The notes under the pieces: generated by a model | The model's database searches: none | The model's input: only the letters and a program-made list of their open reading frames with translations | What the model was told of the DNA's origin: nothing | Position numbers and translations under genes: made by a program | From: a virus | Lineage: Duplodnaviria > Heunggongvirae > Uroviricota > Caudoviricetes | Reading direction: 5' to 3' (one strand) | Virus record (IMG/VR): IMGVR_UViG_3300035394_000193 | DNA: 64,000 nt | In this document: positions 17,633 through 25,935 of the stretch, piece after piece | Layout of the letters: every line of letters begins with the position of its first letter | How positions within the stretch are numbered: the stretch's first letter is position 1

Positions 17633-17944
17633 TTAAATAGCTTCCTTAATAGTTTTTCCTCGTCTAGCAAGTTACCTTATGCTTCCGATTCTTCAGTAGG
17701 CTATTTTAGGGACATTGTTTACCACCGACACTTTGGTCCAGTAGCCCCTCTGGCTTTAGCCGTTAACCGGCAGATTCAATAAATTTATTACTTTTATTGA
17801 ATCATTTTCCTGGCATCACCTATCTATCGCTAGCATAGAAATGGCGGCTTTCACAGCCTACAGAAAATACGAAAAATCATCACATAATTAGTCTCTACCT
17901 AACCTTGTTAACGTTATTCAAAGAAGAACACTGATGATTTAATG

Positions 17945-18019
17945 GAGTTCCTACGGGACTCGAACCCGTGCCTCGACCCGCTGAATGGGTCCGCTCTACC
18001 AACTGAGACGTAAAGAACT
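17945..18019 (-). tRNA. suppressor tRNA, anticodon UCA (reads UGA)
   Basis: Minus strand AGTTCTT-TA-CGTCTCAGTTGGTAGAGCG-GACCC-ATTCAGC-GGGTC-GAGGC-ACGGG-TTCGAGT-CCCGT-AGGAACT-C. Anticodon stem GACCC/GGGTC closes the 7-nt loop A-T-TCA-G-C, so positions 34-36 are TCA. T-arm and D-loop are canonical; the D-stem has one mismatch; the variable loop is short (not Sec-like). Confidence 0.7.
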
Positions 18020-18052
18020 CTTTTTCCGGTAGCAAAGAATTATCGGAAATTT

Positions 18053-18412
18053 TTATTTGGCAATCTTTCGCCAAAATCGATCCTTTCGGATGTATTTAAA
18101 AAATAACGTGTCTCCTGGTTGTTTAGACCAGTATAATGCACTGCCATTGTTTTCTGCGAGTGCGTTATAATTATATCCTGTTAACTCTGTATACAATGTT
18201 GTATCAGCTACACTTTGAACAAGAAAATATTTTCCGTTATTAGAAAACTTTCCATCACGTTCAGAGTAGCCACCTTTTTCAATAAGTACAACTTTGTAAT
18301 TAAAGTATTGTGAATCTTTATTTTTATTACAAGAACCCACATAACCTAATATAATAAGAGTTAACACTATAACAGCAATACCCAAGGTGACAGTTCTATC
18401 AATGTTATCCAT
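18053..18412 (-). CDS. membrane-anchored hypothetical protein
   Basis: 119 aa; N-terminal TM segment TVTLGIAVIVLTLIILGYVGSC. Confidence 0.5.
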   Translation of the reverse strand: MDNIDRTVTLGIAVIVLTLIILGYVGSCNKNKDSQYFNYKVVLIEKGGYSERDGKFSNNGKYFLVQSVADTTLYTELTGYNYNALAENNGSALYWSKQPGDTLFFKYIRKDRFWRKIAK

Positions 18413-18417
18413 AATTA

Positions 18418-18837
18418 TTAAGAATTAGGATAAATCCGTTTAACAATTATTGCGCCTTCGTTGTACAAATCAAACACGCTGTCAAAATGTGAGATTTCTT
18501 CTTCACAACTTGAATGCCTAGTCCAACCCATTAATTGAGCTATTGCAGATGCACCTTGTTGTATTCTTAAGGCATCACTGAACGAATCAGTTGTAAATGT
18601 AGTTTCACTGTTTTTATAAACATGAATGTCTACAGTGAACTTTTTAAGCTCTATTACCGTCTTTGTAAAGACAATGAAGTCATATTGTTCTTCAATCTCA
18701 CGTACTGTTAAAGCAACTTGAAACGGAATCACAATACTTGATGTTCCGTTTATGAACTCAACCACGAAGGGAGTTAAACTAAGGACACGATGTGATGTTG
18801 CACTCATTTTATTTGTTTTTAGGGATTGGTTTAACAT
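18418..18837 (-). CDS. hypothetical protein
   Basis: 139 aa ORF. Confidence 0.5.
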   Translation of the reverse strand: MLNQSLKTNKMSATSHRVLSLTPFVVEFINGTSSIVIPFQVALTVREIEEQYDFIVFTKTVIELKKFTVDIHVYKNSETTFTTDSFSDALRIQQGASAIAQLMGWTRHSSCEEEISHFDSVFDLYNEGAIIVKRIYPNS

Positions 18838-18883
18838 TTAAGGAATCTCCCTTTGCTTACACATTAGGAGAAACCTAGATTCT

Positions 18884-19081
18884 TTAATCACATGAATCCC
18901 CACATGACCATTGGGTTAAGAGAGGAGTAGATTTAAAGCCATAAAAGCCATATCCAGCAGGATGATACCCTAACTGCATTTGTATTTCGCAGGCTTCTTG
19001 TTCTGTCAGTGGTCCAGGATAAGTGAACTCAAACATTCTACTTTTCCTTTCTTTTGTTACTAATTTGAGATCGTGTGCCAT
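18884..19081 (-). CDS. hypothetical protein
   Basis: 65 aa ORF. Confidence 0.4.
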   Translation of the reverse strand: MAHDLKLVTKERKSRMFEFTYPGPLTEQEACEIQMQLGYHPAGYGFYGFKSTPLLTQWSCGDSCD

Positions 19082-19083
19082 TA

Positions 19084-19323
19084 CTAATTCATTTGAGGAT
19101 TAATTATCACTGTTGTGATTGTGAACTGATTACACAATCCAACTAAATAGTCCAACGTAAGAGAATATCCATCTCTTTCGATGATTTCACACAGTTCTTC
19201 ACGCAGCTCTTCAGCTGGTAAGTTGAAATCGGATATTTCTGCAACCTGTTCTTCAGTTAAGTCAGGCTTTACTTGTTCAAATCGAGTATTAAAATACTCT
19301 TGAAATTTTTTATGCTTGCACAT
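19084..19323 (-). CDS. hypothetical protein
   Basis: 79 aa acidic ORF. Confidence 0.45.
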   Translation of the reverse strand: MCKHKKFQEYFNTRFEQVKPDLTEEQVAEISDFNLPAEELREELCEIIERDGYSLTLDYLVGLCNQFTITTVIINPQMN

Positions 19324-19344
19324 TGTTTCTAGGTTTTTGAAGGT

Positions 19345-19632
19345 TTAAATCTTTTGTAAAATAATTTGACGATCTGAAAATTGTTCATCAATAATTTTCA
19401 TAAGTTGAACAAAATCATTTGTATTGTTGGCTTTTTTAATACCATCAATGAGATCTTTACCTTCTTGAAACCATTTTGGATTAGTTTCTTGTAATGCTTT
19501 CATTGCACTTGGCAATTCATGAGTAAAAAGATTAACACCAAAAATGTAACTCAACATGGAATATACATCATCCATATCTGTAGTCAATCTACCATCTAAG
19601 ATAGAAAAAGCTTGTTTTAATGTAACGTTCAT
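19345..19632 (-). CDS. hypothetical protein
   Basis: 95 aa ORF. Confidence 0.45.
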   Translation of the reverse strand: MNVTLKQAFSILDGRLTTDMDDVYSMLSYIFGVNLFTHELPSAMKALQETNPKWFQEGKDLIDGIKKANNTNDFVQLMKIIDEQFSDRQIILQKI

Positions 19633-20356
19633 TATTTCTAGGTTTTTATAGGTTTGACCTGATATTATTATATCAACGCACTAGACTTAACAATGTTTAT
19701 ACTCTTCTAGTAGAGTCGAACAAATAAGGCAATCAAAGGATTACTCCCTTGACTGCCTATTCATTCATTTCATAAAGCCTGAGTTTGGTACAACTTTACA
19801 ATAACAGTGTTGCTTCTTTGAAGCGGCTCCATAGTGTCCCACCATTACCGATTGATTTTTTGACAAACCAATAAACTTTCCTCGTAATATACTCTTTGAG
19901 ACGGCTAACCTCATACCCTTTATTACGTCTTCATTGCATCACGATATTATGCAACTAAATCTGCTATGCTGATTAGTATTCGGAAAATCTTTTCACACTT
20001 TTGCCATATAGGATTTAGACAATCAAACATGTGTATTTTTAAAGTCTTAGACTTACAGACTCAATCATAAAAATAAGCCACGCATCCGAAGCTTTGGTGC
20101 TCCGGAAATCCCAATCGCCAATATCATTAATTTGTAACAATGATTCAAACCCTACAGACTTAACCTGCTCAATCCTGGGCTGTGACAGTTATTTTTGAAT
20201 CATTATTACATTTTAAATAACCCAATAAATCCGTATATCCTTCTCAACGGACTCCACCTCATTCGGATAAGCTCTAGCTTAGAGGAATAGAATGGGTTTT
20301 AATAAAAGATTCACCCTCACCACTATTACTAGTGTATATTGGGTGAACCTAGATCA

Positions 20357-20635
20357 TTAATTAATTTCGTTGGCAATATGCCACAATGGATCAAGATGAT
20401 TATCAGCATACTCCTGAATAGGATCTTCCTTAGCCAGTTGTTGGCTTTTAGCATCACCCAGAGCAATAACCTGCTCTAATCCTTTTCCTAATTGTTCCGG
20501 AGTCATTACCGGCAATACTTGATTGATGAAGTTTTTCATTGGTTTTGTTTTTTGGAGATTAATACTTTGATGGTGCTGTTGATAGTCTTTCTTCAGAGTC
20601 ATAATTCCAAAGGTTATCGGCAATTGGTGATTCAA
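20357..20635 (-). CDS. hypothetical protein (overlaps 20559-20873 by 77 nt; possibly frameshifted or a pseudogene)
   Basis: 92 aa ORF flanked by long ORF-free DNA. Confidence 0.35.
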   Translation of the reverse strand: MNHQLPITFGIMTLKKDYQQHHQSINLQKTKPMKNFINQVLPVMTPEQLGKGLEQVIALGDAKSQQLAKEDPIQEYADNHLDPLWHIANEIN

Positions 20636-20873
20636 AATCTTGCTGAACTACAAAATCCAAGAAAGCCAATGTTTTTTGCATTGGTATTGTAGCAGTTGTA
20701 AGATCTGCTTCTGATTTCAGATAAGCTAATACTTCATCGCGAAGCATTGCAAGGTTTTGCAAATGAACCAATTGTAATTCTAAGCTCAAGCCTGTGATAC
20801 CATGACCACGACGAGCTAACCTGTTTGCACTTGAGTTTTTAATTTCGGATGTAATAGGCATTGTTGTATACAC
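20559..20873 (-). CDS. hypothetical protein
   Basis: 104 aa ORF. Confidence 0.4.
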   Translation of the reverse strand: MYTTMPITSEIKNSSANRLARRGHGITGLSLELQLVHLQNLAMLRDEVLAYLKSEADLTTATIPMQKTLAFLDFVVQQDFESPIADNLWNYDSEERLSTAPSKY

Positions 20874-21265
20874 ATTTTGATAGCTTGTTGTGTATCAAGC
20901 TTTAGGTTTGTTCATATTTTGCATCGAAAGCACACTCTTACAAATACTTACGTATTGTAAAGTGATATGTTGGATGAGTCATTTAGCCACTAACTCAAGT
21001 GGTAAGCTATTAGGTGTTGTTATCTCAAAAAATATACATTAATGTTCTCAGATATATAATGTATTTTTAGAGATGTGATTTGAAAAGATGAAAAGTGTGA
21101 TATTTTGCGGAGTGTGTGTTGATGGGTTCCTCTGATTATCTCACCATTACACTTCAATAATTTTTTAATAACCAGCAATGAAAATCATCTCCTAATAACA
21201 AATGGAGCAGAAACTACAAAGGAGTGCAATACTCAATCTTAATATACTTTTCTTTCATTGTAATT

Positions 21266-21490
21266 CTACTCCATTAATACACATTGAAAAATTACCCAAT
21301 CATTAATACCACAATAAATATACTGTATGTTGATAGCTGATAATTTCTTGTTCATATAAAATCTATGATGCCTATATGCTAAGCAATCAATAATTTTATC
21401 ATCATCTGTTATGAAACTATTTTCATCTGTAAATCTTCCTACAAATGTATAAATTAAGTCTCGATTCAATTCCTTGGTTATATTTTGCAT
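21266..21490 (-). CDS. hypothetical protein
   Basis: 74 aa ORF. Confidence 0.35.
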   Translation of the reverse strand: MQNITKELNRDLIYTFVGRFTDENSFITDDDKIIDCLAYRHHRFYMNKKLSAINIQYIYCGINDWVIFQCVLME

Positions 21491-21560
21491 AGTACTTATG
21501 AATATACTATTTGGTTTGAAAAAGAAAAGGAAGATATTGCTATCTTCCCTTTCAATTCAA

Positions 21561-22157
21561 TTATTTGGCAGGTGGTGTTACCAATGTGAAAACGTGGTAA
21601 GTTTTCGGTTCGGTATTAGCCAATAGCTTTTCCTTTGCTTCTGCAATGGTTAATTCGGCAGGTGCAAACATTTTATCGGCTTCGTACTTTTTCAATGCTT
21701 TGCCAGGAAATTTAACTGTTTTGAATGATTTTCCTTTAAGGGCAAATAAACGCTTGTCTTGGCTGTTTTCAGAGTACAACGACTCACTTATTCTTGTTTG
21801 TTTCAGCATATATTTGCCAGCGTTCTTTACTGATTTAACCTTTACAGGTTCGTCGGTAACGGTTTGTGCGAATATTGTATTTTCGCTAACGTGCAAAGCT
21901 GTTTTTTCGTCCTTGCCTAAATAATAACCAATAGAATAACGAGTAATTTCTATCCCGTTTTCATCTTTTAGTTTGTATTCCTTTTCCCCGATATGGTCAA
22001 AAGTGCCCTCTTCAGGAACAGAATTAAATTCGGTTGCGGCGTTTGCTACCTTTTCAGCGATTTTATCTTCGCTGAGCCCATTGGCTTCGCCTACCTTTGC
22101 GCGTAATGCGCTCAAATCTTCGATTTTGTTAACTTTAATTTTGTCAGATGTTGCCAT
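21561..22157 (-). CDS. hypothetical protein, first gene of the minus-strand block
   Basis: 198 aa ORF starting next to the divergent control region. Confidence 0.55.
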   Translation of the reverse strand: MATSDKIKVNKIEDLSALRAKVGEANGLSEDKIAEKVANAATEFNSVPEEGTFDHIGEKEYKLKDENGIEITRYSIGYYLGKDEKTALHVSENTIFAQTVTDEPVKVKSVKNAGKYMLKQTRISESLYSENSQDKRLFALKGKSFKTVKFPGKALKKYEADKMFAPAELTIAEAKEKLLANTEPKTYHVFTLVTPPAK

Positions 22158-22263
22158 TTTTTTTGTTTTTTATTGGTTTGAAGTCTGAAAAACTTTGTGC
22201 CTTTCTCGCCCCTTAAGGCTGGAGGGAACAAAGGAAACAGGACTCACATTTATAACATAAAAA

Positions 22264-22310
22264 CAAAAATTTTTCCCAAAAAATTTTTCAAAAATTTTTA
22301 AAATTTTTTT
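22264..22310. repeat. phased A5-6/T5-6 tracts (AAAAATTTTT x4)
   Basis: caaaaatttttcccaaaaaatttttcaaaaatttttaaaattttttt: alternating oligo-A and oligo-T runs with roughly 10-11 bp phasing, predicted to bend DNA. Confidence 0.6.
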
Positions 22311-22428
22311 CAGAAACACCTTTGTAATACCTTATTTTATAAATTGGATATTATGAAAGTCGCGCTAGCCCATTGACAGCATTATGTATAGTAAAAGATT
22401 AAGTATATATTAAGTATAGTATGTCACT

Positions 22429-22501
22429 AAATTTGACGAAAATCATACTAAATCTGACTTGGGCTTCCACTAATTTTGACAAAAATCATACTAAATTTGA
22501 C
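22429..22501. repeat. two 29-nt direct repeats (iteron-like) upstream of the Rep-like gene
   Basis: AATTTGACGAAAATCATACTAAATCTGAC (22429-22457) and AATTTTGACAAAAATCATACTAAATTTGAC (22472-22501), about 43 bp apart; each contains a TTGAC-N17-TGAC sub-repeat. Confidence 0.55.
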
Positions 22502-22560
22502 GTAGATACACCTCAGTCTCGAATTTTATAATTTAACATTTTTTAACATATCATATACAA

Positions 22561-22588
22561 TTTGTTTGAACAATTTTGTGTATCTTTG
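22561..22588 (+). promoter_or_regulatory. Bacteroidetes-type promoter (-33 TTTG, -7 TATCTTTG)
   Basis: tttgtttgaacaattttgtgTATCTTTGtt immediately upstream of ATG 22607; matches the TTTG / TAnnTTTG consensus of Bacteroidetes sigma-AB promoters. Confidence 0.45.
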
Positions 22589-22606
22589 TTATTCAAATTT
22601 TATCAA

Positions 22607-23353
22607 ATGGAACATAGTAGCAAACAACATATACAAGTACCAAATTCTGTTAGTACTCCAAATTTTAAACAAGATGGAAGAACAACAAGAAAAGAATATA
22701 ATGATTTGAATGTCTATGCTCAAATCAAGAAATTTATGAACAGTCAAACTAAAATGGCAATAGTGAGTATTGCTAGATTAGCAAAAGATTGTGAAATGTC
22801 AAATCAAGGAGTTGTAAATGCCATTAAAAGATTAGAGGATTGTGGAGATATAAATAAAACTAAAGTCGGAAAATGTAATGCTTATAAATTCAATACTAAA
22901 TCAGAGAAATTTGAAATGTATGATTATGAATTTTTAAAGAATAAAGATTTAACAACACAGCAAAAAGCATTTATGATAGCAGTTCAAAAACATTTATTTG
23001 TAGATAAAGATACAGGAGTTGCTAAAACAACTTATTCAGATAAAGAGTTATCCGAAAAAACAGGAATATCCGAATCTACTATTTATAGACGAGTATCCGA
23101 GTTGATTGATAGTAACTTTATAAGTAAAAGACTTACATCAGATAATGATGGTAATCCTACTGAAGCTTTAGAATTTAATTTACCAAAATTCGGACAGTTT
23201 GTATTATGCAAAATAGAACAACATGATATCATAATTGCTCAACAGCAAATGGAAATTAATAAGATGAAATATGAATTAGAGATGGTAAAGAAATATTTAA
23301 AAGCAACTTCTATTGATTTAGCAACAATGGATGATGAAGAAATTGAATTATAA
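22607..23353 (+). CDS. Rep-like DNA-binding protein with two winged-helix (wHTH) domains
   Basis: The ORF track starts at 22562; the first ATG is 22607. wHTH-like segments MAIVSIARLAKDCEMSNQGVVNAIKRLEDCGDI and LSEKTGISESTIYRRVSELIDSNFI, with a C-terminal coiled coil. The two-wHTH architecture plus upstream iterons fits a replication initiator. Confidence 0.5.
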   Translation: MEHSSKQHIQVPNSVSTPNFKQDGRTTRKEYNDLNVYAQIKKFMNSQTKMAIVSIARLAKDCEMSNQGVVNAIKRLEDCGDINKTKVGKCNAYKFNTKSEKFEMYDYEFLKNKDLTTQQKAFMIAVQKHLFVDKDTGVAKTTYSDKELSEKTGISESTIYRRVSELIDSNFISKRLTSDNDGNPTEALEFNLPKFGQFVLCKIEQHDIIIAQQQMEINKMKYELEMVKKYLKATSIDLATMDDEEIEL

Positions 23354-23690
23354 AACAATTAAACAAATGACAGAATTAGAAACATTAGTACATGAGAAAG
23401 GTGCTTTAACAGCAGTCTTAGATAGAATCAATAAAGAGATTATTAGCAAACAAATCTTGAAGGAACAGGTTATGAATGCCTTTGGATTTATAAAAGCTGT
23501 AGAGAAAACTGCTATTGTAGTTTACACAAAAACATTTGAAGATGAATTTGAAATGAATTATGATGTTATGTTAGACTTGACTAAACCAAATTTAGTTCAA
23601 ATTAAACGAGAAGGACAAGAAAAAGCATATGCTTTTGAAATTGATTCAGTAGAAGATTTTAAAGATTTATTAATATTTGCAAACATTTAA
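23331..23690 (+). CDS. hypothetical protein
   Basis: 119 aa ORF. Confidence 0.5.
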   Translation: MMKKLNYKTIKQMTELETLVHEKGALTAVLDRINKEIISKQILKEQVMNAFGFIKAVEKTAIVVYTKTFEDEFEMNYDVMLDLTKPNLVQIKREGQEKAYAFEIDSVEDFKDLLIFANI

Positions 23691-23693
23691 TTC

Positions 23694-23960
23694 ATGATTA
23701 AAGTAGTTGATTTCTATGCTGATTGGTGTAGACCCTGTAAACAGTTGGCTCCAATCTTAGAAGAAATAGATATGGAGAATAGTCATATTTCTATTGAAAA
23801 AATAGATATAGAAGATGACAAGAATGAAGAGTTAGTAGCTCAACATACTATTTATAGTATTCCAACTCTTATTATATTTAAAGATGATATACAAGTAGAT
23901 AAAATTGTTGGAGGAGTATCCAAGAATCGAATTATGGAAATTTTAAATAAGTATAAATAA
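23694..23960 (+). CDS. trx: thioredoxin
   Basis: 88 aa; active site WCRPC (WCxxC) in DFYADWCRPCKQLAPILEEI, plus a cis-Pro context IPTLIIFKD typical of the thioredoxin fold. Confidence 0.85.
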   Translation: MIKVVDFYADWCRPCKQLAPILEEIDMENSHISIEKIDIEDDKNEELVAQHTIYSIPTLIIFKDDIQVDKIVGGVSKNRIMEILNKYK

Positions 23961-24220
23961 TGACACTAACAATAGATACTGAAAAGAAAGTAGTTACATT
24001 ACATGAGGAAGTAAATGTACAGAAATTAAAAGATACTTTAGAAATATTAGGAATTGATGAAACTTGGACTATAGTTCCAAAAGTAGAAATCCAAACAGTT
24101 AGTATTCCTTGTCTTAGAAAACATTATGATACGAACAATCCGTGGAGTAATCCTTGGAATACACCTATAAGTGAACCTTTAACAAATCCTTATACACAAC
24201 CTTGGAGAATAACTTTTTAG
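23960..24220 (+). CDS. hypothetical protein
   Basis: 86 aa ORF, ATGA overlap with thioredoxin. Confidence 0.5.
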   Translation: MTLTIDTEKKVVTLHEEVNVQKLKDTLEILGIDETWTIVPKVEIQTVSIPCLRKHYDTNNPWSNPWNTPISEPLTNPYTQPWRITF

Positions 24221-24226
24221 AAAAAA

Positions 24227-24268
24227 ATAGCCCCGAAATTCAATTAAGAATCGGGGCTATTTTCATTT
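24227..24268. terminator. bidirectional rho-independent terminator
   Basis: ATAGCCCCGA-N14-TCGGGGCTAT, a 10-bp perfect stem, with a T-run on the + side (TTTTCATTT) and an A-run read from the minus side; lies between convergent genes. Confidence 0.65.
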
Positions 24269-24319
24269 AATTACTTTCCTTTTTTAACAGGTTTCTGATA
24301 TTTTAAAATATATCTCATA

Positions 24320-25135
24320 TTACCAAGAATTTCCTCCTCCTGACGGTTTCTTTTTAATAGTCTTTTTAGCAGTTATGATAGGTCCTTTTAATACTACTGG
24401 ATTTTTTGGATTAATAACTGAAGGACGTTTACCATAAATAGTTGGTCCTTCAGTAATAACAGGGTTATTAGGATTAACTACTGATTTTTTTGGAGTTATA
24501 GTTGGACCTTCTATTACGATAGGATTTTTTGGATTAATCACTTTATTAGAATTATTTTTAGCAACTATCGTTGGGCCTGATATTACAAATGGATTATTTG
24601 GATTTACAGAATCTTCTTTATAATTAGATAAATATAATCCTGCATTTTTATCGCCTAAAAATGGCGTAAAATTTGGAAGAGTTTGTGGGGCAGATTTGAA
24701 TTTAAATTGTTCTGGAGACATATTATTAGAAGTAGTTTTATTACTTTCTTTTTTAATTATAGGTTGCTTTTTTGAAACGGATTTTTTAGTTTCTATATTA
24801 TTTGCATTTCCCGGAAGAATCAATTGTTTACCTGTAACAATATGATTAATTTGATCTCCACTCAATCCATTAGCTTTTGCTAATTCAGCAACAGTAGTTT
24901 TATGTTTAGCAGCAATTGCACTTAAAGTATCTCCTTTATTAATTGTATATTTTGTTGAAGTTTGTACAGGTGTATTTTGTGCTATTAATTCTCCAGCTTT
25001 TTTTCCATAATCTATTGGAATATAAGTATCTGGAATATCCTCTATAATGTTTCTTACCATTTGTTGTGGAGGTATTAAAGCATTTATTCTACTTAATAAT
25101 GATCCATCAACTGCTTTCTTAATTTTGTATTTCAT
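24320..25135 (-). CDS. LysM domain protein with Pro-rich tandem repeats
   Basis: 271 aa; LysM motif YTINKGDTLSAIAAKHKTTVAELAKANGLSGDQINHIVTGKQLILP; C-terminal repeats NPNNPxVIxGPTI about 5 times. Confidence 0.65.
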   Translation of the reverse strand: MKYKIKKAVDGSLLSRINALIPPQQMVRNIIEDIPDTYIPIDYGKKAGELIAQNTPVQTSTKYTINKGDTLSAIAAKHKTTVAELAKANGLSGDQINHIVTGKQLILPGNANNIETKKSVSKKQPIIKKESNKTTSNNMSPEQFKFKSAPQTLPNFTPFLGDKNAGLYLSNYKEDSVNPNNPFVISGPTIVAKNNSNKVINPKNPIVIEGPTITPKKSVVNPNNPVITEGPTIYGKRPSVINPKNPVVLKGPIITAKKTIKKKPSGGGNSW

Positions 25136-25342
25136 AATTCTTTTTAATTGTTACTATTTATAATTAGATACAAAGGTATAATAAGTTTTTAGAAAAAATT
25201 ATATATCTACATTAAAAATTAAATTACTTTATTAAATAATATATAAAGTAGAAATATTAAATAATTTTTATTTTAAAACTAAGATTTTAATATTAAAAGT
25301 TATTAGAAAATTAAAATCAATGTATTTTTATAAAGTATAATT

Positions 25343-25369
25343 TTTGTACAAAAAATCTTCTTATCTTTG
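25343..25369 (+). promoter_or_regulatory. Bacteroidetes-type promoter (-33 TTTG, -7 TATCTTTG)
   Basis: ttTTTGtacaaaaaatcttctTATCTTTGtaacatcaaaatataaATG; the same -7 octamer as at 22581. Confidence 0.5.
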
Positions 25370-25392
25370 TAACATCAAAATATAAATGAATT

Positions 25393-25605
25393 ATGGAAAA
25401 AATATTAGAGAAATTCGGATATAAAACCGGAGAATTTGACAATGAATGGATTAAAGATATATGGACTATTAGATTTTTTACAGACGGAGTCGAGATTTTT
25501 AATACTCCAAGAATAAATACACCTGGAGAGTATTACAAGACTGCATTTATGGATAAAGAACTGTTAGAAATAGTTTTATTAGAAATAGAAAATAAAATAA
25601 AATAA
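25393..25605 (+). CDS. hypothetical protein
   Basis: 70 aa ORF whose 3' end runs into the (AAAAT)n repeat. Confidence 0.45.
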   Translation: MEKILEKFGYKTGEFDNEWIKDIWTIRFFTDGVEIFNTPRINTPGEYYKTAFMDKELLEIVLLEIENKIK

Positions 25606-25627
25606 AATAAAATAAAATAAAATAAAT
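25589..25627. repeat. (AAAAT)x7 pentanucleotide tandem repeat
   Basis: aaaataaaataaaataaaataaaataaaataaaataaat immediately 5' of the suppressor tRNA. Confidence 0.85.
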
Positions 25628-25631
25628 ACCA

Positions 25632-25703
25632 CGGTTCTTAGTGTAATGGCAGCACATTAGTCTTCAAAACTAATAGGTGAGGGTTCGAGTCCTTCAGAGC
25701 CGG
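25632..25703 (+). tRNA. suppressor tRNA, anticodon UCA, tRNA-Trp-like
   Basis: CGGTTCT-TA-GTGT-AATGGCA-GCAC-A-TTAGT-CTTCAAA-ACTAA-TAGGT-GAGGG-TTCGAGT-CCTTC-AGAGCCG-G. The 7-bp acceptor has one G-U pair; the anticodon loop C-T-TCA-A-A puts TCA at 34-36 with A37, i.e. the tRNA-Trp loop CUCCAAA with C35 changed to U; T-loop TTCGAGT. Confidence 0.75.
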
Positions 25704-25707
25704 CAAA

Positions 25708-25935
25708 GTGAAAATGAAAATGAAAATAAAAATGAAAATGAAAATGAAGAAAACAATTAGGGAAATAGAAGGTGAGATATTGGAATTATCTCATGAATTA
25801 AATGGAATACTTTTAAATTATGTAAACCATAACGATTTTATTATGGATGGCAGAGATTATTATAAAATAACTCGCATTTCACATCGTCTTATAACATTAA
25901 TTGATTTAATGGATTATAAAAAAATATTTGAGTAA
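25708..25935 (+). CDS. hypothetical protein (real start probably downstream of the repeat-encoded MKMK tract)
   Basis: 75 aa ORF. Confidence 0.35.
   Translation: MKMKMKIKMKMKMKKTIREIEGEILELSHELNGILLNYVNHNDFIMDGRDYYKITRISHRLITLIDLMDYKKIFE
25710..25745. repeat. (GAAAAT)x6 hexanucleotide tandem repeat
   Basis: gaaaatgaaaatgaaaataaaaatgaaaatgaaaat immediately 3' of the suppressor tRNA; it encodes the MKMKMKIKMKMK N-terminus of ORF 25708. Confidence 0.85.

Noticed and set aside
25708-25750. MKMKMKIKMKMKMKK N-terminus of ORF 25708-25935
   Set aside because: It is encoded entirely by the (GAAAAT)6 microsatellite; the real start is probably the downstream Met, so the repeat is treated as DNA-level, not protein-level
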